The notes under the pieces: model-generated
Databases searched by the model: none
What the model was told of the DNA's origin: nothing
What the model saw: the letters and a program-made list of their open reading frames with translations, nothing else
Program-made: the position numbers and the translations under genes
Source: Escherichia coli
Lineage (GTDB): Bacteria > Pseudomonadota > Gammaproteobacteria > Enterobacterales > Enterobacteriaceae
Reading direction: 5' to 3' (one strand)
DNA length: 64,000 nucleotides
Assembly (NCBI RefSeq): GCF_016026235.1
Contig: NZ_CP065613.1
Shown: piece by piece, positions 1 through 9,216 of the stretch
How the letters are laid out: every line of letters starts with the position of its first letter
Numbering within the stretch: position 1 is the stretch's first letter

Positions 1-966
1 CATACCTTTGATTCTTTCCCATGAGCGGGAGGTGAATGTTTTTTCCAGCAAATCAGCTTTTGCGCGTTTGGCGTCGTTACTGGTGCCCCCATGGTGCTTG
101 TTGAGCAACTCGATAATTTCATCAAGTGCGATTTCTTTTGCACGCTTTTCTTTTAGCCATGTCGGTGTACCGTCGTTGGCAAATAATTCACTGTTATCCC
201 GTGAGGTATCGATGCCGAGGTGTTCACCTCCCAGGTTAAGAAACTCGATATGAGGAAGAAAGTTTTTAAATGTTGGGTTTGAAAATACCTGTCCATCAAT
301 ACGGGTGGAGCGATCTTTTAGTATTCTGGCGGTGCGCCACACCTGACCGGTTTCTATGTTCATTTGCTTCTCCATCTGGATCAGGATGGAGGGTTCATAA
401 CCGGTTTCTGTTTCTGCTTTCATTTTTATACCGGTTTTTGCCAACTGGCGTTTGCCATCATCACCTTCGAAAAAGTCATACTCATATCCTGCACGCCCGC
501 ACATAATAATGTGCGCCTGACTGTTAACAAATCGATCGGTAAAGCGTCGCCACTCCTGTTTGAGCCACGCCCAGTCTGAAAATTCCAGTCCTCGTTTACG
601 GTTTCGGCGTCTGGCATACTCGTCGCATAATCCGGTCCAGAAGTGACTGATGGAGTCGATGATCATTACGGAACCGCTGCTTTCCGCTTCATTAATGGCT
701 TCAAGCAGATCAACAAACGAGCGGGTTTTTGCCGTAAATAATTCGATATTTTCCGCATCAAAGCGGGGTTTAACCCAGTCAGAGCCTGTTTCTGTGTCCA
801 GAAACATTACCGGGCGGTTACCAGCTTCAATTCCCCGTTGCCGCATAAGCATTACCAGACCAATAGCCAGTTCGCTTGCTGTGTAGGTTTTGCCGTCGCC
901 AGCAAACCCCATAATTCCTGCTTTTAGATAGGCCTGTGTGTTTATTGCTCGTTGAAAAAGCGCCAT
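1..966 (-). CDS. P-loop ATPase, phage recombination/replication-associated (3' end outside window)
   Basis: Minus-strand ORF from ATG at 966 running off the left edge; own translation shows Walker A GFAGDGKT and Walker B-like VMIIDSIS; start abuts the stop of the Gam-like gene. Confidence 0.6.
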   Translation of the reverse strand, partial: MALFQRAINTQAYLKAGIMGFAGDGKTYTASELAIGLVMLMRQRGIEAGNRPVMFLDTETGSDWVKPRFDAENIELFTAKTRSFVDLLEAINEAESSGSVMIIDSISHFWTGLCDEYARRRNRKRGLEFSDWAWLKQEWRRFTDRFVNSQAHIIMCGRAGYEYDFFEGDDGKRQLAKTGIKMKAETETGYEPSILIQMEKQMNIETGQVWRTARILKDRSTRIDGQVFSNPTFKNFLPHIEFLNLGGEHLGIDTSRDNSELFANDGTPTWLKEKRAKEIALDEIIELLNKHHGGTSNDAKRAKADLLEKTFTSRSWERIKGM

Positions 967-971
967 AGATT

Positions 972-1271
972 TTAGTCCTCCAAATCAATATCAACCTGGT
1001 GGTGGGCAATGGTTTCAGCCATGTACCGGATGTGTTCTGCCATGCGCTCCTGAAACTCAACATCATCATCAAATGCGTGGCTGATTGCCTGTTTATTGGC
1101 ACCGTGGCGTTGCAAATGGTCGATGCAGAGCGATTCAAACAGGTGCTGAGGCAGACCTTTTTCCAGGTCGTCCGCCAGTTCCGTTTCTTTTTCTTCACGA
1201 ACGATCTGCTGGTAGTGGCGAGCCCATGCCATTTCTTCAATACGATCAAAAATCGGGTAAGCGCTCATCAC
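972..1271 (-). CDS. gam: Gam-like host-nuclease (RecBCD) inhibitor
   Basis: 99 aa; strongly resembles lambda Gam C-terminal region ([17 protein letters not shown]...[17 protein letters not shown]) from memory; paralog of the 56348..56644 gene. Confidence 0.85.
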   Translation of the reverse strand: MMSAYPIFDRIEEMAWARHYQQIVREEKETELADDLEKGLPQHLFESLCIDHLQRHGANKQAISHAFDDDVEFQERMAEHIRYMAETIAHHQVDIDLED

Positions 1272-3204
1272 TGGTCACTCCAAAATTTTCAAGCTTGTTG
1301 GCAATCATCATTGCGATGTCAGGGATTGCAGGCGCATAGGCTATGCACGCAGGATTCGCACATAAACCGTAAACCGCCGCAATCAACACCTGTTTTTTCC
1401 AGTTGAGTTCATCTTCGCCAGTTTCATTATTGCTATCATTATGCTGATCGCTGCCAGCGTTCTCCGGTAACAAATCATCAGCTTTTTCCGTTTTCTTCGG
1501 CTCTTCTTCCTGTGCTTCATCTGGTTTTTTTTCGTCAAAAGTTTCCTGATAAGTTGCGTCTCCCATCACCGCGCCACAGTCAGGGCAGTTATCCTCGCCA
1601 GTCTGATTGCAGGGTGTTCCCTCCTCCGGTTCGCTGTTCTGGTGCTGTTTATCTTCAGTCTGTCGCACTTCATTTTCCGTTTTTTTGACTTCATTTGAGG
1701 AGATATGATGACCGGGAATCCATTTCGGATCATTCGGGTCGCTAATCCCTTCAACAAATTCTCCGCGAGAGGCAGCCAGTAATTTGTCTGCATCGACAGG
1801 ATTTTTGGGCGGAATGTTTTTCCGGGCTTCATGGAGTTCTGCCCGCAGTTCCTGATATTTCGCATCAACAGCATTTACCTGTGACTGAGCATCCAGCGGC
1901 TGCGTGTCCTGATGATGTTCAGTTGCATCCGGTTCCACTGTTTCAGCCGTTGCCTGTTCATCTGCCATTGCGCAAGATGGTTGCGGTTTTTCTTCATCAT
2001 CCTGTTTTCCTTCTTCTGTTACTCGCTGCGGCATCGGGGCAGAGGAGCGACCGCAGGCAATATCCACGATTTCCGGATCAGGGTTGGCATGATCGGTTTC
2101 AGTCAGTACTTTGTTCAGATATTCAGTGACGTGTGCGGGGATGACCTCGATCCCAATTGGTGCTTCTTTCACGGACGCAACCACGATGGCGCGGGAATAA
2201 TCCAGCCCGCCAGGCATGGTGATGAATTTGTCGCGGAAAACAGAAAAGGGTGGTTTATTTTCAGCGATAATTTCCTCAATGCGTTTAGCGTGTGCCGGAT
2301 GAAGGTTATAGATGTCCACGTCCATTGAACGGGCCAGTACGCCAGTGGCTACATCGCGCGTCAGTGACGTCAGATCGTGGACGAAACCTTCGCCGCGATC
2401 GGTGAGGTTCCCGCCGCCAGCATTAGCACCGGAAGTCGTGCGAGTGATGCGTGAAACACGATTCCCTTTTCGCCATTCTTTTGTCAGAAGACCGCGATCA
2501 ATGTGTTCGGTATCCAGCCAGGCTGAAATGAAATTCTTAAATTCATAGGGCTGATGTTTTTTCGTGATAGAGAAAACTGCCTTAATTGCATCAGTCAGGC
2601 GGAGCAGGGCGGCATTATCCAGAGTTGTCGGTTCTGCCATGCCGCGTATGGCCAACAGCAGATTCTGGACATAGCTGTTTTCCTGATCCATCTCAAGAGC
2701 AGTAATGTGTTTGCGTTGTTCACGGGTGGCATGATGCAGGTATTTCCGATCCCCGGCAGCATACGTAAAAATGTGCAGAAGACGCTGTGTGAACCGCAAA
2801 GTGGCTACAGAGACTTCGCAATCCTGGCAATCCTCGTGGGCGTCTGCCTGCGCGTTTTCTTCCTGGCCTCCCGCCAGTTCTTTGGTTTCTTGAGCATTAT
2901 CCTGGTGGTGAACGTCGTCTGGCGCTGCTCCCGGTTTTAGTTCCCATGTCATGGAGTCTTTGCTGAGTTGATAGCGTTCACTCCAGGTAAAATCGATCTC
3001 ACCTTCAGGGGGAAGGTCATTAACGACAGGAAAATTTGTGGCAACAGCTTTAAAATAGTTGCTCAGTTTTTTACCTGACTTAACGAGCAGATAGTCCAGA
3101 GTGGTGCTGGTCGATTCAAAATCGTCGCTTGCCCACAGGACGACGTCAGGTTCACCGGATGATTTTTTCGCTTTCCGTAACAGGAAGAGTGGTTTTGTGC
3201 TCAT
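1246..3204 (-). CDS. Large acidic hypothetical protein of the early-left operon
   Basis: 652 aa ORF; D/E/Q-rich low-complexity segments; Cys pairs CQDCE and CPDCG; family not recognised. Confidence 0.5.
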   Translation of the reverse strand: MSTKPLFLLRKAKKSSGEPDVVLWASDDFESTSTTLDYLLVKSGKKLSNYFKAVATNFPVVNDLPPEGEIDFTWSERYQLSKDSMTWELKPGAAPDDVHHQDNAQETKELAGGQEENAQADAHEDCQDCEVSVATLRFTQRLLHIFTYAAGDRKYLHHATREQRKHITALEMDQENSYVQNLLLAIRGMAEPTTLDNAALLRLTDAIKAVFSITKKHQPYEFKNFISAWLDTEHIDRGLLTKEWRKGNRVSRITRTTSGANAGGGNLTDRGEGFVHDLTSLTRDVATGVLARSMDVDIYNLHPAHAKRIEEIIAENKPPFSVFRDKFITMPGGLDYSRAIVVASVKEAPIGIEVIPAHVTEYLNKVLTETDHANPDPEIVDIACGRSSAPMPQRVTEEGKQDDEEKPQPSCAMADEQATAETVEPDATEHHQDTQPLDAQSQVNAVDAKYQELRAELHEARKNIPPKNPVDADKLLAASRGEFVEGISDPNDPKWIPGHHISSNEVKKTENEVRQTEDKQHQNSEPEEGTPCNQTGEDNCPDCGAVMGDATYQETFDEKKPDEAQEEEPKKTEKADDLLPENAGSDQHNDSNNETGEDELNWKKQVLIAAVYGLCANPACIAYAPAIPDIAMMIANKLENFGVTSDERLPDF

Positions 3205-3274
3205 TGTTTTTTAACCTCAACTCAGATTAAAATTACTGCGAGTGATGAATAAATGTCCCAGGTTCTTCACTCAG

Positions 3275-3304
3275 GCCTGCACACTGTGCAGGCTTTCTTT
3301 TTTT
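3275..3304 (+). terminator. Intrinsic-terminator-like hairpin plus T-run on the plus strand
   Basis: 8-bp stem gcctgcac/gtgcaggc with 3-nt loop followed by tttcttttttt. Confidence 0.35.
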
Positions 3305-3332
3305 CAGATTTCACCTTTTAATTTCATTGCAA

Positions 3333-3626
3333 TCAGAGTTGCCAGAAATTCGGCTTTTTTTCTGCGGGCAGATTATTTCCGATGTAAACCAGGCACATTT
3401 TTGTGGCACCTTCAACAAGAGTTTTAAAGTTTCCTGATAGACCGTCGATATCAACCACAGTGAATGGGGTTTCTTTATTTTCTGTTTTAATTACGTAGCC
3501 AATATGCTTTCCTTCCAGGTAAACCTCGTGAACAATGTTATCAGTAGTTGCAACAGTGGCTTCATAATTGGTGTTCATGTTTTTCTCCTTAATTAAGGTT
3601 GAGCGAATCCCTGCCATTGCTGGCAT
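3333..3626 (-). CDS. Hypothetical phage protein
   Basis: 97 aa ORF in co-oriented early-left gene series. Confidence 0.45.
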   Translation of the reverse strand: MPAMAGIRSTLIKEKNMNTNYEATVATTDNIVHEVYLEGKHIGYVIKTENKETPFTVVDIDGLSGNFKTLVEGATKMCLVYIGNNLPAEKKPNFWQL

Positions 3627-3652
3627 AAATTCAGTTTCGAATAGTCAGTTAA

Positions 3653-3934
3653 TTAAAGTTCGTGTGCCATCTGGTCTTTTTCGGCGCAGATTTCACTACA
3701 ATATTTGCGTTTCTTTTTCCTCATCATGGTTCCGTGCATGTAAATAAGTTCAGCAGTGTAAGCCTTATCAGGGCTTACTTGTCTGTCACACAGGCCATAA
3801 GCACAGGGAATTAAATCGGGATCACCTTTCTGCTGGAGGGTTTTTTTGATTATCCATAACAATTTTTTGATTCCGGTGTGTGTTATGGTCTGCTGAGGTG
3901 CAGAGGTAAAACAATAATCAAGCATAGGGTTCAT
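3653..3934 (-). CDS. Hypothetical small Cys-containing protein
   Basis: 93 aa ORF; lysine-rich with CAYGLC...CSEICAEKD. Confidence 0.45.
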   Translation of the reverse strand: MNPMLDYCFTSAPQQTITHTGIKKLLWIIKKTLQQKGDPDLIPCAYGLCDRQVSPDKAYTAELIYMHGTMMRKKKRKYCSEICAEKDQMAHEL

Positions 3935-3950
3935 ATCCGTAGCTCCATTT

Positions 3951-4505
3951 TTATTTTAAAGAAAGTAATTGTTCCACAGTCATATTTTTAATTGCGCCCC
4001 GGTTAACAAGAGTCCATCCCTGTTTTTCCAGATAAAACCGGAAAGTCTCCAGGGTACAGACCAGTGCGCCATCAGGAACGGTTTCGGTGAATTCGACATT
4101 GCCGAATTTGTCGAAGTGAACAACCAGAGTGCGACCATCACCCGGAATCATCTTGTCAGCAGGTGGGGTGTTATTCTGGCGCAGTTCGGCCTCCATGCGG
4201 TCGAACTCAGCAATGTAGGCTTCCTTGAATGCGGCGGCTTTTTTGCCAGTGAAGCCCATCATCAGGAAAACGAAGCCGTTTTTGGTGATTTGGTACATTG
4301 GGCGTTTTTCGCCTTTGGCGTCGGTATAGGTGACGGGCTTAAAATTAAGCCGGTTAAACTCCGGCGAGCATTCGAGAGTTTCGATCTTCTGAATAACGTT
4401 TTTGTGCATTTTCCGGAAGAACTTCGCAACCGCAACAGACGTAGTGACAGCGCGACCATTTTCGATGGTTACGTCAGGGTGAGAAAGGGTAAGGATAGTA
4501 GCCAT
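3951..4505 (-). CDS. Rha-family phage regulatory protein
   Basis: Motif TKNGFVFLMMGFTGKKAAAFKEAYIAEFDRME typical of Rha; start taken at internal Met (4505); long ORF extends to 4799. Confidence 0.6.
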   Translation of the reverse strand: MATILTLSHPDVTIENGRAVTTSVAVAKFFRKMHKNVIQKIETLECSPEFNRLNFKPVTYTDAKGEKRPMYQITKNGFVFLMMGFTGKKAAAFKEAYIAEFDRMEAELRQNNTPPADKMIPGDGRTLVVHFDKFGNVEFTETVPDGALVCTLETFRFYLEKQGWTLVNRGAIKNMTVEQLLSLK

Positions 4506-4670
4506 GATGGCAGCCTCGATAGTCAGTTTAAATAACTCACCACCAGAGGTAGCAATCTCATGGGTGGTGAGACGCACAGGGTTGCTACAACCGGTGACTA
4601 CCGAAACCGGCCAGCCTTGCGGCTGCCCTGCACGCCCCACCATAATCTGAATGTGGCTGTGCTTGACGCA

Positions 4671-4694
4671 TAAAAAAACCGCCTGAGCGCGGTT
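4671..4694 (-). terminator. Intrinsic terminator (minus strand)
   Basis: Stem aaccgc/gcggtt with 6-nt loop followed by a 7-A run on plus strand (U-run on minus transcript). Confidence 0.45.
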
Positions 4695-4821
4695 ATGCGC
4701 AGTAGTCATCGTCGGGGTAGCAATCCCGGCCCCCGTTTTATGAGGTGCAGGTGCACTATAATTCCACCCGTTCTGGTTTTCAATAGCTACATTCAACATT
4801 TTCTCTCACCTTTCATCACCG

Positions 4822-4976
4822 AAGTGAATTTTGTGATGCGGTGCCTGGTGCCTCCAGGTGACGTTAACCAGTTAACAATTACAGTCGGCTTTCCCACCCA
4901 AACCAATAAGGACTAACATGACTTTTAACTGTGCCGCGTGCGCTTAGCCGCATTCACCGCATCACAAAATTCACTT
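4822..4976. repeat. Perfect 22-bp inverted repeat separated by 111 bp
   Basis: aagtgaattttgtgatgcggtg (4822-4843) vs its reverse complement caccgcatcacaaaattcactt (4955-4976). Confidence 0.6.
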
Positions 4977-5206
4977 TAAAAAGGGCGGACATCAGCCAGC
5001 AATTAAACCGATGCCGCCAACTGGTACTTCACACAGCAATGTCGTTATTTACAACCGGAAGCGCACTCCCACCATTTAAATTTCACAGACAAGACCGACT
5101 CTTTATGGATACCGGAAATGCGCCTTCGTGTTGTGCCCGGTTTTATTTCACCACCTCCGGGCTTTGGTGGTATCTTTACTGAAGTTCTCACACAACCAGT
5201 AAGGAA

Positions 5207-5503
5207 ATGAATATGCCAACGTATCTCGCCAGAGTAGAACTATATAATGCTGAGCCAGAGGATTACGAAGGGCTTCATAAATATATGCTCTCACTAGGAT
5301 TCAGGAGAACGATCCCCCATGGAGATGGTTCGTATAATCAACTCCCGGACGGAACTTATGTTTCCGAAAAGGGCGGTGATATTTATCAAATTCGCAGCCA
5401 GATATCTGACTATGCAGACCGACTATCCGGGTATCGCGCGTCTGTTTTTGTTTGCGAATTCAGTCAATGCGCATGGTATTTATACCCCGCCAAGACCCGG
5501 TGA
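5207..5503 (+). CDS. Hypothetical protein
   Basis: 98 aa ORF convergent with and overlapping the 3' end of the 5480..5692 ORF. Confidence 0.4.
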   Translation: MNMPTYLARVELYNAEPEDYEGLHKYMLSLGFRRTIPHGDGSYNQLPDGTYVSEKGGDIYQIRSQISDYADRLSGYRASVFVCEFSQCAWYLYPAKTR

Positions 5504-5692
5504 ATATCCTGCACGGCCTTCTGCTTTGTAGAAGGCTTCTTCGCTATCATAATCGCCAGATTCCAGCGCTTCTTTAGCCAGCCAGATGCGTGCCCCAGTG
5601 CCTGCATTTGGCTCCAGTTGCTGGAGGCGTTTTGCATCTTCTGGGAGTAGAGCGATAACGTGTTTTAATTCTGTCTCGTTCATTTTACTCAC
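5480..5692 (-). CDS. Hypothetical small protein
   Basis: 70 aa ORF; 8-bp overlap with upstream ORF suggests translational coupling. Confidence 0.35.
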   Translation of the reverse strand: MSKMNETELKHVIALLPEDAKRLQQLEPNAGTGARIWLAKEALESGDYDSEEAFYKAEGRAGYSPGLGGV

Positions 5693-5894
5693 CTGAATGT
5701 CTTCCCAACCAACGACGTGCGCCAGCTTCGGTTTTAAACGTTTTGCTTTTGGTATACGTCATGGCGGTGAATGTGCCGTCCTGGTTGGGGAACACGCCGT
5801 ACACCAGAGATTCGTTGTTGCCAAGATCGATAGTATTCATGTTGACCCCATTTCCCCTTAACGCCGGGGTAGCGGAACTGTTTGCTGAGAACAC
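5685..5894 (-). CDS. Hypothetical small protein (start possibly at internal Met, ~51 aa)
   Basis: 69 aa ORF immediately downstream of the DicA-like repressor on the same strand. Confidence 0.35.
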   Translation of the reverse strand: MFSANSSATPALRGNGVNMNTIDLGNNESLVYGVFPNQDGTFTAMTYTKSKTFKTEAGARRWLGRHSGE

Positions 5895-6042
5895 CGTGCG
5901 GTGTCTTGATGAATGAAATTTAGAATAACCTAAGATGGGCGGCCAAGATTTTTATGTAGAAAAACCTAAGTTTTTTGATGTAAAAAACACAAGTGTTTGA
6001 AAGTTTGTGCTTTTTATTACAGGGTGTGGAGAAAAAAGGGGA

Positions 6043-6450
6043 TTATTTGTTTGCGCTTCTTTTGCGAGCTTTGAGTAGTTCTTCAAAAAGTTTGTTGAAA
6101 TTTTCAACTCGAGCACGCATCTCTGACAACAGGGCCTTTTGCTCTGACTCAGGCAGTGCGTCGAACAGTTGAAGTAACTCTTTTTGATCTTCTGTCAGAA
6201 TGGCTGGCTGATTATCCGGGATCGGTTCGCCTGGTTGTTTATCTTCATCCCCAAAAAGAAGCCAAGTCGGTGAGCACTGAAGCGCTTGGCTCAGTGCGAA
6301 TAATCTTTTCCCCGCCGGCTGTGTTTCATCTCTTTCCCATTGAGAAATTGTTACGTGAGCCACTTTGACCAGCTTACCTAATGCGGCCTGAGACAGTTTT
6401 AATTTTTTACGCCTATGTAAGAGGCGAGCACCGAAGGTTTCGTTTTTCAT
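6043..6450 (-). CDS. DicA-like HTH (XRE-family) prophage repressor
   Basis: 135 aa; HTH LSQAALGKLVKVAHVTISQWERDETQP; resembles Qin DicA from memory; divergent from a Cro-like gene. Confidence 0.8.
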   Translation of the reverse strand: MKNETFGARLLHRRKKLKLSQAALGKLVKVAHVTISQWERDETQPAGKRLFALSQALQCSPTWLLFGDEDKQPGEPIPDNQPAILTEDQKELLQLFDALPESEQKALLSEMRARVENFNKLFEELLKARKRSANK

Positions 6451-6526
6451 ATTAGGGAATTCTAATTTTTCTTGACTTAGGTTTCTCTACGATCTAGTTT
6501 CCTTAGGAAAATCTAAGGAGCTCGAT
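6451..6526. promoter_or_regulatory. Divergent promoter/operator region between repressor and Cro-like gene
   Basis: 76-bp intergenic with imperfect inverted repeats (ttagggaattctaat; ccttaggaaaatctaagg) and an SD before 6527. Confidence 0.4.
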
Positions 6527-6754
6527 ATGTTGAAAATTGATGCTATAGCGTTTTTTGGCAGCAAAACAAAGCTTGCCAATGCCGCAGGAGTTAGGCTGGC
6601 AAGCATTGCTGCATGGGGGGAACTGGTTCCTGAAGGTCGCGCGATGCGCCTGCAAGAGGCATCTGGCGGGGAACTTCAGTACGACCCCAAAGTTTATGAC
6701 GAATATCGTAAGGCAAAACGACCTGGGAAGGTGATTCATGAAAATCAGGCATGA
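6527..6754 (+). CDS. DicC/YdaS-like Cro-type regulator
   Basis: 75 aa; resembles DicC/YdaS from memory (FGSKTKLA...GRAMRLQEASGGELQYDPKVYDEYRK). Confidence 0.7.
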   Translation: MLKIDAIAFFGSKTKLANAAGVRLASIAAWGELVPEGRAMRLQEASGGELQYDPKVYDEYRKAKRPGKVIHENQA

Positions 6755-7160
6755 GCACATCGAATCAGTGCTGTTAGCCCTGGCAGCCGAAAAAGGGCAG
6801 GCGTGGGTCGCTAACGCAATTACTGAAGAATATCTGCGGCAGGGGGGCGGCGAATTGTCTCTGGTACCAGGCAAGGACTGGAACAATCAGCAGAATATCT
6901 ATCACCGTTGGTTGAAAGGTGAAACGAAAGCGCAAAGGGAAAAAATTCAGAAACTGATCCCTGTGGTTCTGGCAATTCTTCCGCGTGAGCTGCGTCACCG
7001 ACTCTGTATCTTCGATACCCTGGAACGCCGTGCATTACTGGCGGCGCAGGAAGCGTTGAGTACGGCAATTGATGCGCATGATGATGCTGTCCAGGCCGTT
7101 TACCGGAAAGCACATTTCAGCGGTGGTGGGTCGCCCGGCGATTCTGTCGTAGTGCATTGA
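6738..7160 (+). CDS. YdaT-like protein
   Basis: 140 aa ORF overlapping the Cro-like gene end; position and size as in Rac ydaS-ydaT. Confidence 0.55.
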   Translation: MKIRHEHIESVLLALAAEKGQAWVANAITEEYLRQGGGELSLVPGKDWNNQQNIYHRWLKGETKAQREKIQKLIPVVLAILPRELRHRLCIFDTLERRALLAAQEALSTAIDAHDDAVQAVYRKAHFSGGGSPGDSVVVH

Positions 7161-7204
7161 TTGAAATTAATCGTGCCGGATTGTTTTGTTCGGTATCAGT
7201 TAAA

Positions 7205-7624
7205 TGTAACGCTGCGAGCGTTACAAGGTGAAAACAAATGGCTTCAAACTGGATAAAGCTCGAGGTTATTACGCCGGATAAGCCGGAAATATTCAGGCTT
7301 GCTGAGATTCTGAATATTGATCCAGATGCCGCATTAGGGAAGGTTATTCGCTTCTGGGCATGGGCGGATCAACAAATGATAGACGGTAATGCAGATTGTA
7401 ACGCTCGCGGCGTTACAAAAAGTGCAATAGATCGCATCACTTTTATGTCTGGTTTTGCTGATGCGTTAATTCAGGTTGGATGGCTGGTCGAAAATGACGG
7501 TGGGCTTTCTCTACCTAACTTTGAACGTCATAACGGAAAAAGCTCTAAAAAACGGGCGGTTACAAACGAGCGAGTAACAAAAATACGCGAACTGAAACGA
7601 AAAGGTAACGCTGCCAGCGTTACA
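7205..7624. repeat. Four copies of a ~21-bp palindromic iteron (TGTAACGCTnnnAGCGTTACA)
   Basis: Copies at 7205-7225, 7397-7417, 7558-7579 (variant), 7604-7624, in and just upstream of the replication gene. Confidence 0.55.
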
Positions 7625-8026
7625 CAAACGGATCAAAAAGCGTTACCAGAGGAAGAGGAAGAGGAAGATCTAAATACTGATCTCCCCCTAAATCCCCCTC
7701 GCCAAAAACGAGCGTCTAAAAAATTCGAGCCGGAGGCTATTGAGCTGCCCGATTGGTTGCCGGAAACACTCTGGCATGAGTGGGTCCGGTTCAGACAGGC
7801 ATTGCGAAAACCGATTCGAACGGAGCAGGGCGCTAACGGGGCGATACGGGAACTGGAAAAATTCCGTCAGCAGGGTTTTACACCTGAGCAGGTGATTCGA
7901 CACAGCATCGCCAATGAATACCAGGGCCTGTTCGCGCCGAAAGGTGTTCGGCCTGAGACGTTGCTCCGACAGGTTAACACCGTCTCGTTGCCGGACAGTG
8001 CGATCCCGCCAGGCTTCAGGGGGTAA
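7238..8026 (+). CDS. Replication initiator (O-like/YdaU-like)
   Basis: 262 aa; acidic linker EEEEEED; iterons embedded; followed by DnaC-like loader. Confidence 0.6.
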   Translation: MASNWIKLEVITPDKPEIFRLAEILNIDPDAALGKVIRFWAWADQQMIDGNADCNARGVTKSAIDRITFMSGFADALIQVGWLVENDGGLSLPNFERHNGKSSKKRAVTNERVTKIRELKRKGNAASVTQTDQKALPEEEEEEDLNTDLPLNPPRQKRASKKFEPEAIELPDWLPETLWHEWVRFRQALRKPIRTEQGANGAIRELEKFRQQGFTPEQVIRHSIANEYQGLFAPKGVRPETLLRQVNTVSLPDSAIPPGFRG

Positions 8027-8032
8027 CGGACC

Positions 8033-8779
8033 ATGAAAAATATTGCGACAGGCGGCGTTCTGGAACGCATCCGCCGACTGACCCCGCCACATGTAACCGC
8101 CCCATTCAGAACGGTAGCGGAGTGGCGCGAGTGGCAACTTGCTGAAGGCCAGAAACGTAGCGAGGAGATCAACCGCCTGAATCGCCAGTTGCGGGTGGAA
8201 AAAATTCTGAATCGCTCAGGCATCCAGCCGTTGCACCGTAAATGCTCGTTTGCGAATTACCAGGTGCAGAACGACGGCCAGCGATACGCGTTAAGCCAGG
8301 CGAAATCCATCGCCGATGAACTGATGACCGGGTGTACAAATTTTGCGTTCAGCGGAAAACCTGGTACCGGGAAGAATCACTTAGCGGCAGCTATCGGGAA
8401 TCGCCTGCTGAAAGACGGTCAGACAGTGATTGTGGTTACCGTGGCTGATGTTATGAGCGCCCTGCACGCCAGCTATGACGACGGGCAGTCAGGCGAAAAA
8501 TTTTTGCGGGAGCTGTGCGAAGTGGATCTGCTGGTTCTTGATGAAATTGGCATTCAGCGCGAGACGAAAAACGAGCAGGTGGTGCTGCACCAGATTGTTG
8601 ATCGCCGGACAGCGTCGATGCGCAGCGTGGGGATGCTGACAAACCTGAACTATGAGGTGATGAAAACATTGCTCGGCGAGCGGGTGATGGATCGCATGGT
8701 CATGAACGGCGGGCGCTGGGTGAATTTTAACTGGGAGAGCTGGCGTCCGAATGTTAGCCATTCGAGGGTTGTTAAGTAG
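8033..8779 (+). CDS. DnaC-like helicase loader ATPase
   Basis: 248 aa; Walker A GKPGTGKNHLAAAIG and Walker B LLVLDEIG. Confidence 0.8.
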   Translation: MKNIATGGVLERIRRLTPPHVTAPFRTVAEWREWQLAEGQKRSEEINRLNRQLRVEKILNRSGIQPLHRKCSFANYQVQNDGQRYALSQAKSIADELMTGCTNFAFSGKPGTGKNHLAAAIGNRLLKDGQTVIVVTVADVMSALHASYDDGQSGEKFLRELCEVDLLVLDEIGIQRETKNEQVVLHQIVDRRTASMRSVGMLTNLNYEVMKTLLGERVMDRMVMNGGRWVNFNWESWRPNVSHSRVVK

Positions 8780-8793
8780 TTTCAGGAGGATTT

Positions 8794-9216
8794 ATGGCGA
8801 AACCTTTTACTCCCGAACAGCGGGAAGAACTGAAGACGCGAATTGTGGAACTCGTGCATCAGGACGGTCGGGTCACGATTCGGCAGTTGTCAGATGAAAC
8901 AGGTATCAGTCGTGCGTCTGTCGGTCGCTTATGCATGGAACTGGTCGCAAGTGGTGATGTATATAATTCTGGCTACGGCTTATTCCCGTCTGAACAGGCT
9001 CGCAAGGACTGGCAAAGCGCCCGCAAAAAACTCTCGAGAGTAAAGGTGAGGAAACCGGTTGTTGTTGATCCGGACCTTATCTGGTCATTACCTGACGGAG
9101 AAATACGCCGCTACGACAGGCGCCTGAATATAATCTGTCGCGAGTGCCGGAAGAGCGAAGCTATGCAGCGTGTACTGGCTTTCTATCAGGGTAATTTTCA
9201 GGAGGCGATACTGTGA
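8794..9216 (+). CDS. Hypothetical protein, possible HTH
   Basis: 140 aa ORF with AGGAG-like SD. Confidence 0.5.
   Translation: MAKPFTPEQREELKTRIVELVHQDGRVTIRQLSDETGISRASVGRLCMELVASGDVYNSGYGLFPSEQARKDWQSARKKLSRVKVRKPVVVDPDLIWSLPDGEIRRYDRRLNIICRECRKSEAMQRVLAFYQGNFQEAIL

Noticed and set aside
999-2940. Plus-strand ORFs (999..1406, 1085..1339, 1881..2129, 1912..2328, 2312..2548, 2554..2940)
   Set aside because: All lie antisense to the convincing Gam-like and 652-aa minus-strand genes and lack SD sequences; treated as shadow ORFs.
3969-4535. 188-aa plus-strand ORF
   Set aside because: Antisense to the Rha-family gene, which has a recognisable conserved motif; no independent support.
6774-7113. 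Minus-strand ORFs 6774..6998 and 6820..7113
   Set aside because: Antisense to the YdaT-like gene in a well-organised plus-strand operon; no SD or conservation evidence.
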